Below are positions 37,606 to 52,099 of a DNA stretch of 64,000 nucleotides, piece after piece. Made by a program: the position numbers and the translations under genes. The notes below the pieces were generated by a model. The model had not been told where the DNA came from. It did not search any database and saw only the letters and a list, made by a program, of their open reading frames with translations. This DNA is from Octopus sinensis (taxonomy: Eukaryota): the NCBI RefSeq assembly GCF_006345805.1, contig NC_043005.1:78058001-78122000 (forward strand), in the 5' to 3' direction. Each line of letters begins with the position of its first letter. Position 1 is the first letter of the stretch.

Positions 37606-38974
37606 TCATACATACACACACAACATACACATAGAATACTTGGATGTAACGATGACGAAACAATCGTCGATATTATAACTTATTTATCACTTAGTCTCAA
37701 TGTCCTTGAATTTAACCAATAATATTCAATACAATAACAACTTCCTAACAACATCGTTGAAATAATTATATCGTTTAATGTACAAGATATCTATCCAAAC
37801 CCATTTAAGGCGAGGTCTATTCAATACTAATTCCAATGTTTCCTCGGCAGTATGATTAAAACAAAACATTTGCTTAACGGACAGTTAACACAAAGCCGCA
37901 GATTAAAGTTACATGACAACAGTTGTCTGACTGACGTATTGCGTCAGATCCACTTACGCCTTCGTAAGAGGTTATTCATTCTTATCTAGTTGAAAGTTAC
38001 TAGGTTAAAATTAGGGTTATTAGTGACGTTAAAGAAATGTCATGGACATTTTTCTGTGAGGTCTGTATAATCTAGATAAAACTTGTTCTTTCTGGTTAAA
38101 GTTTGATATAAACAGGACCTGGGTCACACACTATGGATGAGGGTATACAGGTTGACGATATTTTAGCCAGAATTTGACCGGTATTTTATTCTAGCCATTT
38201 GGAGTGATAAAGTAAATTTAAACTCGCTATAGTTTGAACCCAGACCGTAGTATCATAATTAAATACCCCATTATTTTAAAATTAGGATTACCATCGGTTT
38301 CTAATTTTGGCACAAGGCTATCAGATCCAAGTGAGAGAATGAGTTGAGTATATCGACCCCGGTGCTCAAATGGTACTTTCTTTATTCCTTACTGCTCTAT
38401 GCACAAGGCCCGAAATTTTGGAGGAGGGAACCAGTCGATTAGCTCGACCCCAGTGTGTAACAGGTACTTAATTTATCGACTTCGGAAGGATGAAAAGCAA
38501 AGTCGACCTCGGCGAAATTTGAACTCAGAAGGTAAAGACAGACGAAATATATCTAAGCATTTTGCCGGGCGTGCTAACGTTTCTGCCAGATCGTTGTCTT
38601 CATATAATTATATAATTACATGACTCAAAACGTCATATGATTATTATTGTCCCGAATAAGGCAGTGAGGTGGCAGAATCAGTATCTCCTCACGCCAGATT
38701 CTAGGTTTCATTTCGCCCATCTTTACGTTTAAATCCCGCCGAGGTGGATTTACCCTTCATCCTTTCGGAGTCGATGAAATATATACCAGTTGAACACTAG
38801 GGTTGATATTATCGACTTATCCGTCCCCTAAAATTGCAGGCCTTTTGTCAAAATTTCAAGCCAATTTTTCTCCCTGCATTATACGAACTTTTCCAAACTC
38901 ACGAACTTCATCATATAATAGCAAATAAGTAATCTCTTTGATAAGTTAGTTTGTGTGTGTGTGTTTGTGTGTGT

Positions 38975-39024
<50 letters not shown>

Positions 39025-39324
39025 CTGAATATACCTGTGTGCATGTTTTTAAAAATTTTGTTACTAATTGCTGGTTGGGTACCTAGGTCTGAAATATTGT
39101 GTTCAAGCGACGTATTTTATTTTATGATTAAGAGTCAGGTCTTACGTTATGACGTTAAAGGCGGAGAAAAATTTAGAGGAAACCACAGCCTTCGGTTATT
39201 TTACACTCTGATGTCCTGTCGTAAACAACTTTACCTTTTATCATTCCTGGTGTCTACAAAAATAAGATCCAGTTCAAATATTTGGCATTGTATCAAAATC
39301 AGAAGACAATATTACTACAGTGGA

Positions 39325-39745
39325 AAGGCGGCGAGCTGGCAGAATCGTTAGCACTCCGGGCGAAATGCTTAGCAGTATTTCGTCTGTCTTTACATTTTGA
39401 GTTCAAATTCCACCGAGGTCGACTTTGCCTTTCATCCTTTCGGGGTCGATAAATTAAGTTTGATCGACTCGATTGGCTCACTCCCTAAAACTTTCGGGCC
39501 TTGTGCCTAGAACAGAAAAGAATATTACTATAGACGAGGTGATGGGCTGGCAGAATCGTTAGCACGCTGGGAAAATTGCTCAGCGGCATCTCGTTCGTCT
39601 TCACGTTCTGAGTTCAAATTCCACCAAAGCTGACCTAGCCTTTCACCCATTCGGAATCTCTAAAATAAGCACCTGTTGATCACTGTAGTCGATATAATCG
39701 ACTTACGCAAAATTACTGGTTTGTGCCAAAATTTGAAACCAATGT
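39325..39745 (+). mobile_element. Two adjacent Meta/MESC-SINEs
   Basis: Two heads and two cores. aatattactacag / aatattactatag flank the first copy as a probable TSD. Confidence 0.8.
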
Positions 39746-40377
39746 TATTTCAACTGAATGAATTGAAGTTATTTTTTTTTCTCCAGAGACAAATGGGAAA
39801 TAGAGTTTCCAAAAGTAATGAGATATTAAAAACACCAATTTGAAACACAAAAAGCAACAAGTCACTAATGAGCTTTTATTTGCTTATCTGTCACTTCCGA
39901 TTATTCTCTGAACACCAGCAATTCTATTATCCCAAATGAGATTCCTTATTCTGTTTCTGCTATTGTTTCTGTTTTATTTCACTTATATAACTAATAATCA
40001 AGATGGCATTTCTGAAAAAAAATTTGTCTAAGTAAAACGTTTAAAACAAAATGTAATTCAAAGCAATAAGACAACTTATATGAAAGTTTACTAATATTGA
40101 ATATATTTAGCTTGCCTTCGTTGTAAAACGAGCTGCATTATGACATAAATACAACTCGGCCATCGCCATGATTGACCGCTAGCTACTAAGCTTTCTTTTT
40201 TTATTCTCTCTCTCTTTATTTTCTCGTGTTCCTTTCTGGAAAAGCGTAGGCTCGAAACGTAAAAGACTTTCTCACCTTCCTGAGCGTTAAACTAATACAT
40301 CTGTTTGTTGTTTACACATCTGTCTTCGTCTTTTGTATTTTGTAAATTCCAAATATGTATATATATATATATATATA

Positions 40378-41589
40378 GCTGGTCATCCCATAAATAATGC
40401 AGTTTTTTTCAATTACATGAGCTAAAAGTCGGAGGTGGACAGGATGACCTACCTGCATCAACTTGCTATGAAAGCAGGTAGTAATTTTACCGTAAAAGAC
40501 TTACACTTAGTGCAAGTTTTGAAGAGTGCAGCTCAATTTTAACAGTTATTTTTTCAAAGCTCTAATGGAAGCAACAAAGGAGCATATTCGACATATTTTG
40601 CTCGGAAAGTGCGTGGAATATTAATACAGTATGGGGGGATCGGAAATAAGCGTAACGGTGGTTCCAGAATTTCTGAGCAGGAAACTACCGCCTAGAAGAC
40701 GAACTTTGTCCTGGAAGATCTGGAGAGCTCGACGAGGACGTCCTTCAAACCCTGGTGGAATCCTATCGTAGCTGTTGAGGAACAAGCAGAGAAGCTTGGA
40801 TTTGTTATTCAACTATTCACTGACAACTACATGCCATCGGTAAAGTTAGTGAATTGGGTCAATGGGTTCCTCACAAAATTTCTGAGTCTAATCGCGCGGA
40901 GAGTGTGAATGTGTACTCTTCTTAGCTGTCACATATCCCGAATGAACTTTTTTTGGACCGAAAGGTGACTGGTAACGAGAAATGGGTTCTCTGTAAAAAA
41001 AGCACCGAAGACAATGGGTAGGGAAAGGAGAAACACCGGCACCCCAGGCTAAAGAAGGTCTCTACCCTGAAAAGTGTTATCTGCTTGGTAGGTTATTAAA
41101 GGTTTAGTCCACTTTGAACTTTTGAACCCAAAACCAAATGATAACAAAAGAAATCTACTGCGATCAGCTTGAGCACCTTAAATCAGCGCTAGAAGAAAAA
41201 TAGCCATCTTTGGTTTCAAGACGAAAAGTGTACTTCCATCAGGATAATGCTAGGCCACATACAGTGTGGATGACATTCGAAAGGCTGGAGCAGTTTACAT
41301 AGGCAACGATTGCCCCATCCACCATATTATCCGGACAGTGCCTCATTTGATTATCATTTATTAAGCAGTCTTCAAAATCATTTAGGCGGAAAAAATATGA
41401 ATACTGGAGGAATACTTTTCGTCACGGACAAGTGAATTTTGGAAGAGAAGTCTTGCAATCTACTAGATAGATGGAAGAGCATTGTAGGAAAATGAAGGAG
41501 AGTATATTTTAGATTTATAAAAAATAACTTTATCTTAATTTTGAAAAATAGAAGTATAAAAAAACCGCATTATTTACAGGATGACCCAA
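40378..41589 (+). mobile_element. Full-length degenerate mariner (DD34D) element
   Basis: Imperfect TIRs (ggtcatcccataaataatgcagtttttt / aaaaaaccgcattatttacaggatgaccc) flanked by TA. Transposase remnants: MEATKEHIRHILL (40565), GRP, WVPHK, VTGNEKW, FHQDNARPH and HPPYYPDSASFDYHL, with frameshifts. Confidence 0.92.
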
Positions 41590-41739
41590 TATATAATGAT
41601 ATATATAATGCCCTGTTTTCATCTGGTTTCATTCGCTTCCCCATCAGCTTTTCTCTATCTGTATGTCTGACTTTCTCTCTCTCCCTCTCTCTCTCCTCGC
41701 CAGAATTTTAACTCAGAACATAGAGTCGGAAGAAATACC

Positions 41740-41975
41740 TATTTCTTTATTACCAACAAGGGGCTAAACACAGAGGGGACAAACAAGGACAGACATAGGT
41801 ATTAAGTCGATTACATCGACCCCAGTGCGTAACTGGTACTTAATTTATCGACCCCGAAAGGATGAAAGGCAAAGTCGACCTCGGCGGAATTTGAACTCAC
41901 AACGTAACGCAGACGAAATACCGCTAAGCATTTCGCCCGGCGTGCTAACGTTTCTGCCAGCTCGCCGCCTTTACT
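41740..41975 (-). mobile_element. Young-looking Meta/MESC-SINE with 15-bp TSD inside an older SINE remnant
   Basis: TSD gtcggaagaaatacc at 41725-41739 and 41976-41990. Confidence 0.9.
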
Positions 41976-42629
41976 GTCGGAAGAAATACCCTTAAGTATT
42001 TTGTCCGTAGTACCAGATCACTGCCTTCCAATTTAATTAACAATCCTTGCAACCATCACAGTGTCTTTAATTACTTAATCTTAGCAACACAATGAGCCTA
42101 ACAAGTGTCGAGCCTGTCATGACCACGAGTTACATGAGATATGATTTTGGTTTATAAACTGATCTTTTAATGCTAGGTTGCTTCTACTGCCATTTTTTCT
42201 TGAATTATAATTCTTATTTAAATCTTTTTAAGATACACCAAGATGTCTTTCGAAATTAATTATTCTAAAATCATTCAAACTAAGACTTTGAATCTGTCAC
42301 ATTTTATTTGTGAAATATTGAAATGCGATTTTAAAATGACAGGTAATGTGTGAAATAATTCAACATTGTTAATAAATGTTGTTAATATGGTAAACTTGAA
42401 AAATACGGCGAGTTGGCGGAGTCGTTAACGCGCCGGACGAAATGCGTAGTCGTATTTCGTCTGCCAGAAATCTGGGATCTGGAATTATCCAGTAATTTTT
42501 TGTTAGTTTTATTTTGTCTTTTTGTCTTCTCTCCTTGTGTTATATGAACACTTAAGGTGGTTTTAGAGTCAGATCCTGGGTGCTATTTTCAACATGGCGG
42601 TATTTCGTAGATACCCTAAGTTATAATTT

Positions 42630-42638
42630 TAATATATG

Positions 42639-42699
<61 letters not shown>

Positions 42700-42703
42700 T
42701 ATA

Positions 42704-42734
<31 letters not shown>
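42630..42734. repeat. (TA)n microsatellite
   Basis: Seen directly. Confidence 0.95.
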
Positions 42735-43384
42735 AGGAAAGATCAACAAAAGTGTATTCCAACTGATGAGAGATAAATATTATTTAATAAACACACTGTA
42801 TACTTTTATGAGCTACTAATAGTTTCATGTAATGCAAGCGACGGAGATAGCATTATATAACACGTCTCGTGTCTTCACGCAATCTTCAGATTATGCCCGA
42901 TGTTGTAAACTTTGTAAATAGTAGAGAAGAGTTTAAAAAAACTCTACACAGGGATTATTTTATGCAGCTTCTTACTGAGAGTGGAAATGTTTCCTTATTT
43001 TGTCACACATCCTGCGGGATTTCTTTACCGTTTCACTCACTTTGGTAAAACCCTCGATTAGCACTTGTCCAAGGTGTTCCCGCTGTACGATCGAACTTGT
43101 AAGCACGTTCTAGCGTCGCGTCGTCCTTAATCACAGCCTTTTGCTAAAGGTTATTTCACATCTACACTAAATTAGTCTGAAATGTATTGACTGATAAACA
43201 GCAATTAATTTTATAGGCAATAATAGCGTGAAATGTTTTAATTACGAATTTACATCAGATAATGTAAATATACCATAATTAATACAATATAAATAGAAAT
43301 TAATATTGATATATTCGATGTAAAATCGCAGATTTGAGTTTTAGGGATATAGCTAATTATTATCAATCTACTACATATGAAAAC

Positions 43385-43686
43385 GGAGGCACATGGCCTA
43401 GTAGTTAGAGCAGCGGTTGAGAGATCGCGGGTTCGAATCTCAGACCGAGCGATGTGTGTTTTTATAAGCGAAATACCTAAGCTCCACGCGGCTCCGGCAG
43501 AAGGTAATGGCGAACTTCTGCTGACTCTTTCGCCACAACTTTCTCTCACTCTTTCCTCCTGCATCTAGCAGCTCACCTGTGACGGACCGGCGTGCCGTCC
43601 AGGTGGGGAACCTATAGCCAAGGAAATTGAGAAACCGGCCCTATGAGCCAGTCGTGGTTCGAGAAGGAACAAGCAACAACAACAAC
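43385..43686 (+). mobile_element. tRNA-SINE with V-domain-like segment and (AAC)n tail
   Basis: A and B boxes; gtgacggaccggcgtgccgtccagg; TSD-like acatatgaaaac / acatgtgaaaac. Confidence 0.75.
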
Positions 43687-44174
43687 ATGTGAAAACGGCG
43701 AGTCGGCAGAATGCTTAGTGGTATTTCGTTCATCTACGTTCTGAGTTCAAACTCTGCCGAGGTCGACTTTGCCTTTGATCCTTCCGGGGTCGATAAAATA
43801 AGTACCAACTGAGTACGGGGGTCGATGTAAACGACTATCTCCCTCCTCCATATTTCAGGCCTTTCTACCTATAGTAAAGAGGATCATTAATCTACTACAT
43901 ATGAAGACGGCAAGTCAGCGATGGCTTAGTGATATTTGGTACATCTCTATGTTCTGAGTGAAAATTCTACCGAGGTCCACTTTGCGAATCATTCTCTCAG
44001 TGTCGGTAAAACAAGCCCTAGAAGAGCCCTGGGGTCGATGTAATCGACTAGCTCCCTCCCATAAAATTTCAGGTCGTCTGCCTTGTGTAGAAAGAATTAA
44101 TCTATTATATGATGTTGCTATTATATTATTAACTTCAGAATGAAGATCTGCAGACACGGAATTTCAACTTAATG

Positions 44175-44550
44175 TATTCTTTTCTAGTCTAGGCATAAGG
44201 CCTGAAATTTTGGGGGAGGAGGCCAGTCGATTAGTCGACCTCAGTATGCAACTGGTACTTAATTAATCGGCCTCTCGGCGGAATTTGAACTCAGAACGTA
44301 AACACAGACGAAATACCTATTTCTTTACTACCCACAAGGGGCTAAACACAGAAGGGACAAACAAGGACAGACAAACGGATTAAGTCGATTATATCGACCC
44401 CAGTGCGTAACTGGTACTTCTTTAATCGACCACGAAAGGATGAAAGGCAAAGTCGATCTCGGCGGAATTTGAACTCAGAACGTAACGGCAGACGAAATAC
44501 CGCTAAGCATCTCGCCCGGCGTGCTAACGTTTCTGCCAGCTCGCTGCCTT
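44175..44550 (-). mobile_element. Meta/MESC-SINE dimer
   Basis: One head, two units, junction gaaatacc|tatttc at about 44316. Confidence 0.85.
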
Positions 44551-46121
44551 CATTAACTTATAGTATTGAATAAAGGAAGTATGACTAAGTTAATGTAATT
44601 TCTTCATGCTTCTATTAGTGAAAAATCTCGTTGAATTTGTGGTCTGCTTCCCAAAGTGTAACACATTCTTTAAACTAGCGTGTCACCAATTTTAGAAAAC
44701 AAATTAAGTATACTATGTTATATATTATAAAAGTTTCATGAATAGTCTTGTGTGCATTTTCACTTTACAAACAAAGTAAGCAAAAAATAAAACATCCAAA
44801 TAAATAAATAAAAGAAAGAAAGAACGAAAAAAACAGAAGTTTGTTGATAAGAATTGTTTCATTTTTTAAAAAAAGCTTTCATTGAAATACGATATTTCAA
44901 AAAAAAAAATAATAATAATAAAGTTAAATGACGCTCACTTAAAAAAAAAGTGCCGCTTCAAAAAGGATAAATATCGATCAAACGATTGAATGTTTTAATA
45001 ATTAAGTTTGGTTAATGAATGAAAATTTCAGATAACCGTGTCGATAGGTAGTTACAGATAGCTATATTACGTCAGTAGTGTTATATTTTTATGTTAGCCT
45101 CGACCACTGAGCTGTAATTATGTATCGTGTAGAGGGACACACACACACACACACATATTTTTGTTCACAGACGTGATAAATACTTTATAATTAAACGGCT
45201 GCTTCGATAGCATGTATTGGTGAGCTCAGTGTCACCATGGGATAATATTCTCTTAGAACAAGGTTCTACTGAATTAAAGAAAAAAAGAAGTGTTATTGAT
45301 TCATAATTAATTAAACAAGCGCCTCAGTCTATCTAACTTACATTTAAGTAATATAATAACTAATAAATATTATTTAAGAAACAGCTAAAACATGGAAGAG
45401 AGATGACACAAATATTGATATATTTACCTTTGCTTTATTTTACAATATTATTACTACAGAATATTTCTATAGGTTTCTAATCAACTCTATTCCCTATGTG
45501 CAGACAAATGTGCAGACATCTCGCCTCTATATAATCTCTGAGAACAAATTGAAAAAGGGAAACAGTTGGATTTGTCCCAATCAAGTAATGGATTTTGTAA
45601 TATTTTTAATGGTTAAGAAGTTATTTACTTAATCCCTTCACACTCTACAGAGAGTAGACTATAGGAGACATCTCTTCACTGTTCTCGACTCTGGGCTGCC
45701 TCTTCTGTTTTTCTCCAGTTAAATCCCTGCTTTTTGTTCTTAGCTTTCTTTCGGATTTTGCTGCATCGAATGATAGATTTCCCTGAAGGGCGGTATTTCT
45801 CTTTCAATTCGTTTTGGTTTTGAATTGTCATCAATGCATATGTAACTTTAGCTTTTTTTTTCTATGTAGGGTTGTTGGCGCCGAAGCAAAACTATTTTTA
45901 CGTCTGGAAAGAGATGATCCATATTGGACACGGAGAGATGAACTTTTTCTAAAGCGGGTGGGCCACAGTATTTAATAACTCCTTTACTTTTTGTTTTCAA
46001 TTTATAACACCACGCCATCATATATATAGGAAATAAATGTGTAGTGGATGAGGAAAGACCACATCTTGAATAATACAAAAAAGTAATAAAAAGATTATTA
46101 ATATATTTATATATATGTGTG

Positions 46122-46208
<87 letters not shown>

Positions 46209-46360
46209 TAAATTAAATAATAAGGGTAGGAATTGATATCAATCAATTAAAACCAGTGGCTAAGCATATTTTAAAAATCCGAAGATTAAAAATTGTGTTA
46301 CATATGTTTAGCATATTACGTGTCCACTTTAGTGGTCATTCCTCTTAATTTTGTATATAT

Positions 46361-46398
<38 letters not shown>

Positions 46399-46439
46399 TA
46401 TCGGTTTCAGCTCAAAGGTGTGGCCATTTGGAGTACCGC

Positions 46440-47655
46440 CGTTTTGCTACGCTGTTATTATTGAGAACCTCCTCTGATATGTGGGCATTTGGCCAATAAG
46501 GGAGTTTGATGTCGCTGCCCTCAATTGCGCCCACAGCCAGTAAGTTCATGTGGGACTCTCGACAGGAACAGATCCAGTTTTGATTTGAAAATACCTACAT
46601 CCACTTTGTGTAGGTCACTCATGCTCTTTAGGAGAATATTATAAATCTGTAGGCTATTGTAGTAAGGCTTTGTTGGGATCTTTGGCACTGTACAGTGGTG
46701 ACAAGTTCTGGCATTTATGTAGCTTTTAATGCCGAAATTCAGCACAATCCTTTTCAGGATCTTCCAGAAGTATATTACTGCATATCTCTCCCGCCTTCGC
46801 TCCAGGTAGTAGTGCCTCAGGTTTTTTAGCCTTTCCCAACATCTGATCTGTTACAATGAGACGATCTTCTTTGTGAAGCTTCACTGGATTGCATCAAGGA
46901 CCGCTGCTAATTTTACATTGTTGGGTGACCATAGTTGGGAGCAGTTATTCCACTTGGGTGAGGACGAATGTCCTCTAGAGGACCATCATGGTTTCTTTCT
47001 CGCTGGTTCTGACGTACTCGGGATCCATCCAGCTATCCGTCTGCACTTTGTCGCCATCTTGGTAATGTGCACTTGGAAAGAAGTGTCATTACTCATGTCG
47101 ATACCCAGGCCCCGCACTGATTTAGGTTCTGGGATTGAAATCACCCTTAGGCCAGTGTACCCTGAAAGGTTTTCGTTCAATTTTGGGTTCTGGTAACACA
47201 GGGCATGGCATTTTCCAGCATTAAGCTGCATATTATCATTCTCAGCCGATCTGTAAATTGCGTCCACCTCCTGCTGCAGGTGTGCAACATCACTAGGGTT
47301 TTGTATTTTCTGCTGAACCTTCTTATCGTCTGCGTAGCTAGCAAGGGTGCCTATCCGGGCAGCTGAGGGTATATCTGAGAGGGCCACTATGAAAAGCAGT
47401 GGTCTCAAGACAGAGCCCTATGGAACACCACTCGCTATTTGTGTTTCTTTTGAGATGGCGCTATTGGTTACCACTGCCAGACTTCTGTCTTTCAGAACGT
47501 AACGTAACCACTCTTCAAGTTTTCCAGCAATGCCAAGATGATCGTGCAGTTTGTGGCATAGCATACCACGATCAACTTTATCAAAAGCTTTTGCTAAGTG
47601 AAGGTATATTACGTCATTTGAGTTGTCTAGTAACTGCTTCAACAACCAGTCATAG
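46440..47655 (-). mobile_element. 5'-truncated non-LTR retrotransposon (CR1/L2-like) RT fragment
   Basis: DVIYLHLAKAFDKVD..LCHKL, SGVP(*GSVL)RPLLF, SYADDKKV, LNAGKC, VRGLGI and FKSKLDLFLSRVP, with stops and frameshifts. Confidence 0.88.
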
Positions 47656-47879
47656 TACATATATATATTTGATAATTTATATATTGTCTTTTATTTGCTT
47701 CAGTCATTAGACTGCAGCCTTGAAGAATTTCTTTGTTGAATGAATCGACGCCAGAACATTTTAAAGCCTGGTATATATTTTATTGGTCTCTTTTGCCGAA
47801 CCGTAAAATTACGCAGACATAAACAAACCAATACCGGTTTTCAAGCGGTGGTGGGGGACATAAATAGACACAAAGATAC

Positions 47880-47886
47880 AAATATA

Positions 47887-47922
<36 letters not shown>

Positions 47923-47940
47923 TATGTATACATATATATA

Positions 47941-47996
<56 letters not shown>

Positions 47997-48080
47997 CATA
48001 TATACATATATATAAGCACACACATTTATATTTATGTATATATATATATACATATGTATATATATGTATATTTATACACA

Positions 48081-48113
<33 letters not shown>

Positions 48114-48130
48114 CATACATACATATATAC
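47880..48130. repeat. Compound (CATA)/(TA)/(CA) microsatellite
   Basis: Seen directly. Confidence 0.95.
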
Positions 48131-48317
48131 CTAAAAAATTCCTTTTGTATTTTTATTCGCTATGATCAGAAATTGTACAAAAAGTATAAATATTTATAAA
48201 CAATTTATTGCACCTAACCTTTTTCAGCAAAATCTCATCTGGACTCCTAAGGGCCACATGGACCTCTAAGACCCATATGGACCCTGACTGGGAGCCAATG
48301 CTTTATAATATGCGTTA

Positions 48318-48535
48318 CTTATTTATTTATTGCCTACAAGGTGCTAAACACAGAGGGGACAAAAAAGGACAGACAAAGGATTAAGTCGATTACATCGACC
48401 CCAGTGCGTAACTGGTACTTAATTTACCGACCCCAAAAGGATGAAAGGTAAAATTTGAACTCAGAACATAAAGAGAGGTGAAATATCGTTGAGCATTTCG
48501 CCCGGCGTTGTAACGTTTCTGCCAGCTCGCCGCTT
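48318..48535 (-). mobile_element. Meta/MESC-SINE
   Basis: Family consensus; tatgcgttact occurs on both sides. Confidence 0.8.
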
Positions 48536-48599
48536 TTCTAGTATGCTTTATAGTATGCGTTACTGTCACAAGAAGAGCTACATGTTCGTTAAGGGCGAT

Positions 48600-51500
48600 T
48601 TGCTTTAAAAGCTAATATTTAGTAAAGACTATGTCTACAGACATTAGACAAAACTGTGTGTAGACAGGTGTAATACAGTGCCCCTATATGCATTATCTTC
48701 ATGATAATACATCTAGGGGATAGCCCCCTTGCTACCTACTCAGACGATAATAATGTACAATTCTCAACAGATGAGATTAAATGCAATACTGTGATTACAT
48801 TCGTTTATCTTCGATTAGCCATGAAATCTTATAGTTGATAGTTTCGCCTTTCGGGCTTGGAGAATACGACAAAGGATTATAAAATTGGTTATCGATATGA
48901 AATCGATAATCAGTATGCTAGAAGTATAACGATAAACAAGTAAATAGCTTCAGAAGAATATGCATTAATAATTACAAAAATTGAAGTTTGTAATTAATGA
49001 ATTTTATTGATTTTGCATGATATAGTTTCATTTAAATTTATTGTTGACATAAATTTAATCAACAACAGCAAACAGAAATGTAAATTTATCTTTCATGTGT
49101 TTCATCTAAAATTTCACACTGTGTAAATGGCTGTTTTTAACGGCATACTTTCGCAACTATCTCCAACTACAGGACAGTGTTATTGAACGTATGAAATGTA
49201 TGCTACTCTAATCTGCCTACTGCAGTTGCATCCGGGTTAGATGATGTGGTACAGAACTGTTTATCAAATGGCTTACTATTTTAGTCTTATGGCTGATACT
49301 AAGCAGTGACTATGACGCTTTCAAAAGGCAATAAATCACTTACCTATTTCTTTACTACCCACAAGGGGCTAAACACAGAGAGGACAAACAAGGACAGACA
49401 AACGGATTAAGTCGATTATATCGACCCAGTGCGTAACAGGTACTTAATTTTTCGACCCCGAGAGGAAAGGCAAAGTCGATCGCGGTGGAATTTGAACTCA
49501 GAACGTAAATACAGACGAAATACCGATTTCTTTACTATCCACAAGGGGCTAAACACAGAGAGCAGGTTGTGTAAGTGCATCGAAGTATGTCGAAGTTCTA
49601 TCATCGACATATTAATTTACAAGTAATTTGAACTCAGAACGTAACGGCAGACGAAATACGGCTACGCATTTCGCCCGGCGTGCTAACGTTTCTGCCAGCT
49701 CGCCGCCATAAATCATTTACCTTTAAATAAATTACATAGCAAAGTTACACTTCATGACTTTAAATAATGCAGTCCAATAAATCTCGCGAGTTATTGATCT
49801 CATTTCAATTCTTGTCAACCAGTTGACGTGAGATCAAAAGCACTTAAGCTCTGTCCTATTGCGGATGCATGGATCTATAGTTAACCATGTGACTCGACTC
49901 TTCTTTCTCTAAATGAGTGATTTGAGATAAATTTGGTTGCTGTTTCTAGCAGGTTGTGTAAGTGCATCGAAGTACGTCGAAGTACCATCATCGACATATT
50001 AATTTACAAGTGAGATTTTTCAAGCTCCTTTAACCAATTAGAAAGCAGAATTCAATTCTCCTTCAAACAAGACCGAACTACATTTAAAAGAAGCTGACTC
50101 TGAAAATCTACAGAACTGTCTTCTCAGAACAACAAACAGCTCTTGTCACGGTGGTAGCAACACTGTTGTTGAGCTATGCTAAAATTTTCTATATAATTTA
50201 GAAAATACTATACGGAGACCAAATTCTTGACTGAAAGCGCTTTCTCCTCAATGGACTATGCAATATTCCATCCAGTCTAGATCTCTTCAGATAAATCCAT
50301 GAACATTTTACTAGACTATTTGATGTGAAGAGCAAGTATGGAAGGATAAGGTTTACTGGCCTTGTGCTTCGATTTCAGCAGGAGATAAGGCATCTCTAAA
50401 CTATATCCATGATTAGATTTGAGTGGGGACTGGACGAAAAGATTTGGGTTTTGCAGTTTCCTCATTAACTGTTTACCACAATACTCTGTTAGCCTATATA
50501 GTAGCAACAGTTGTAATTTTTAAGGGATATAAATCGTGCAGCACAGATAAAGAGGAACAAACTGCAAAGCTCCCAACTTTGTTCAAAACATTTGTTGTAT
50601 TTGTTTACCTATTGCAGAATAAACACTATTTTGATTTATTTTGAAAAGACAAGAAAAGCATTCTTTTTACCAGGAGAAATATATGTAGTGAACATGAATT
50701 ATTTAACTGATCTACTAATCTAGTTATATATATTAACATTTTAAATGAAGAATAAACATATTTCTATGCTATAAAATAACATTCCTATGATCAATAAATA
50801 CAGTAGCATGAGTAATATTAGAATCTCACCTACGATGTTATCAAGCGTAAAGAACTCAACTGATGATAGAAAATATAAGATGAAAATCTGAAGAAATCTT
50901 AATATCACTTTCTTTTGCCGCTCCTTAATGGACGCTGAACAAATAAAAGAATGTAGTTTAATCTCAAATAAGACCTCAGCTGTCCTTTATATCTAAATTA
51001 CTTCCGCCTCATGAATAGACTTCAATGATATTTTGGTTTTAAACTGGATTTTCATATTGGAAAAAGAAAATAATGATTTGAGATGAATTAATTATTTCAT
51101 GATCCTCATAACTGAAGGCTGTTTAACTCATACAAATGCTGGTTTTGAAATTAATGAGAAAGAAAAATGTAATGCAAAGCAATGCGAGAAATGGGGAAAA
51201 TAATAAATTTCATTTGTTATGATACCATGAATTAAAGGTTATAATTCATTGATAATTATATTTTCAGTGCGTTTTATTTATTTTAAAGTTCATATCACTT
51301 TGGATATAAGATATATTAATTAAATCATAATAAATTAATGTTTTGCTATTCTCAATATTCTTGTACTTACCCTTTCAGTCAATAGTGTAGTTCTAGATAC
51401 TCTAATCAGAAAACAGATGGGAGTGACCACGAATAATTGGAAAGTCTTTGATCTTAAAGTTGATGTATCTAAGCCGAGGTGGGTCGAAGCAATCATATCA

Positions 51501-51780
51501 ACAGTAAGGACACATAGTTGCGTTGGAGTTATGTCTGGGTTAGTAGGAATTCATAGAAGGGTTTTCATAAACAGTTTTTAATTCTCGATTGCATAGTTAA
51601 GCGAAAAATGATGCGTTAAAGACATCAATTTGTTGGAAGTAGAGTTTCTAAGATTTTGTGTATCAATACCTGATACCAAGGTGAATTTCAATCACGAACG
51701 GTAAAATATACATAAAAAGATCCAGAGAAAAAAATATAAAATGGATCAATGTGATGGTGGTCAAAATTTTATACTCGAGT
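48600..51780 (-). pseudogene. Fragmented LRR/TLR-like pseudogene
   Basis: QLSSLRL (about 50860), LKRSRLDG..SIEEKA (about 50290-50235) and TM-like AIYLFIVILLAY*LSISYR (about 48950-48890). Confidence 0.33.
49345..49707 (-). mobile_element. Meta/MESC-SINE dimer with internal 64-bp replacement
   Basis: TSD ataaatcacttacc / ataaatcatttacc. Confidence 0.85.
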
Positions 51781-51809
51781 AATTATTAAAAAGTTTAATT
51801 TTAGAAACG

Positions 51810-51811
<2 letters not shown>

Positions 51812-51847
<36 letters not shown>

Positions 51848-51856
51848 TATATAATG

Positions 51857-51910
<54 letters not shown>

Positions 51911-51915
51911 GTAAT
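51812..51915. repeat. (TA)n plus (TAA)n microsatellite
   Basis: Seen directly. Confidence 0.95.
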
Positions 51916-52099
51916 CCTTTTTACTATAGGCGCAAGGCCTAGAAATTTTGTGGAGGGGAATAATTGATTACATTGACTCCAGAAGGATGAAAGTTAACGT
52001 TGACCTCAGTGGAATTTGAACTCAGAATTGGAATTTTAGAAATACAAATCTTAAACAGGTACCATAACAATGATTTATTCTTTTATTTGAAAGATTTAG

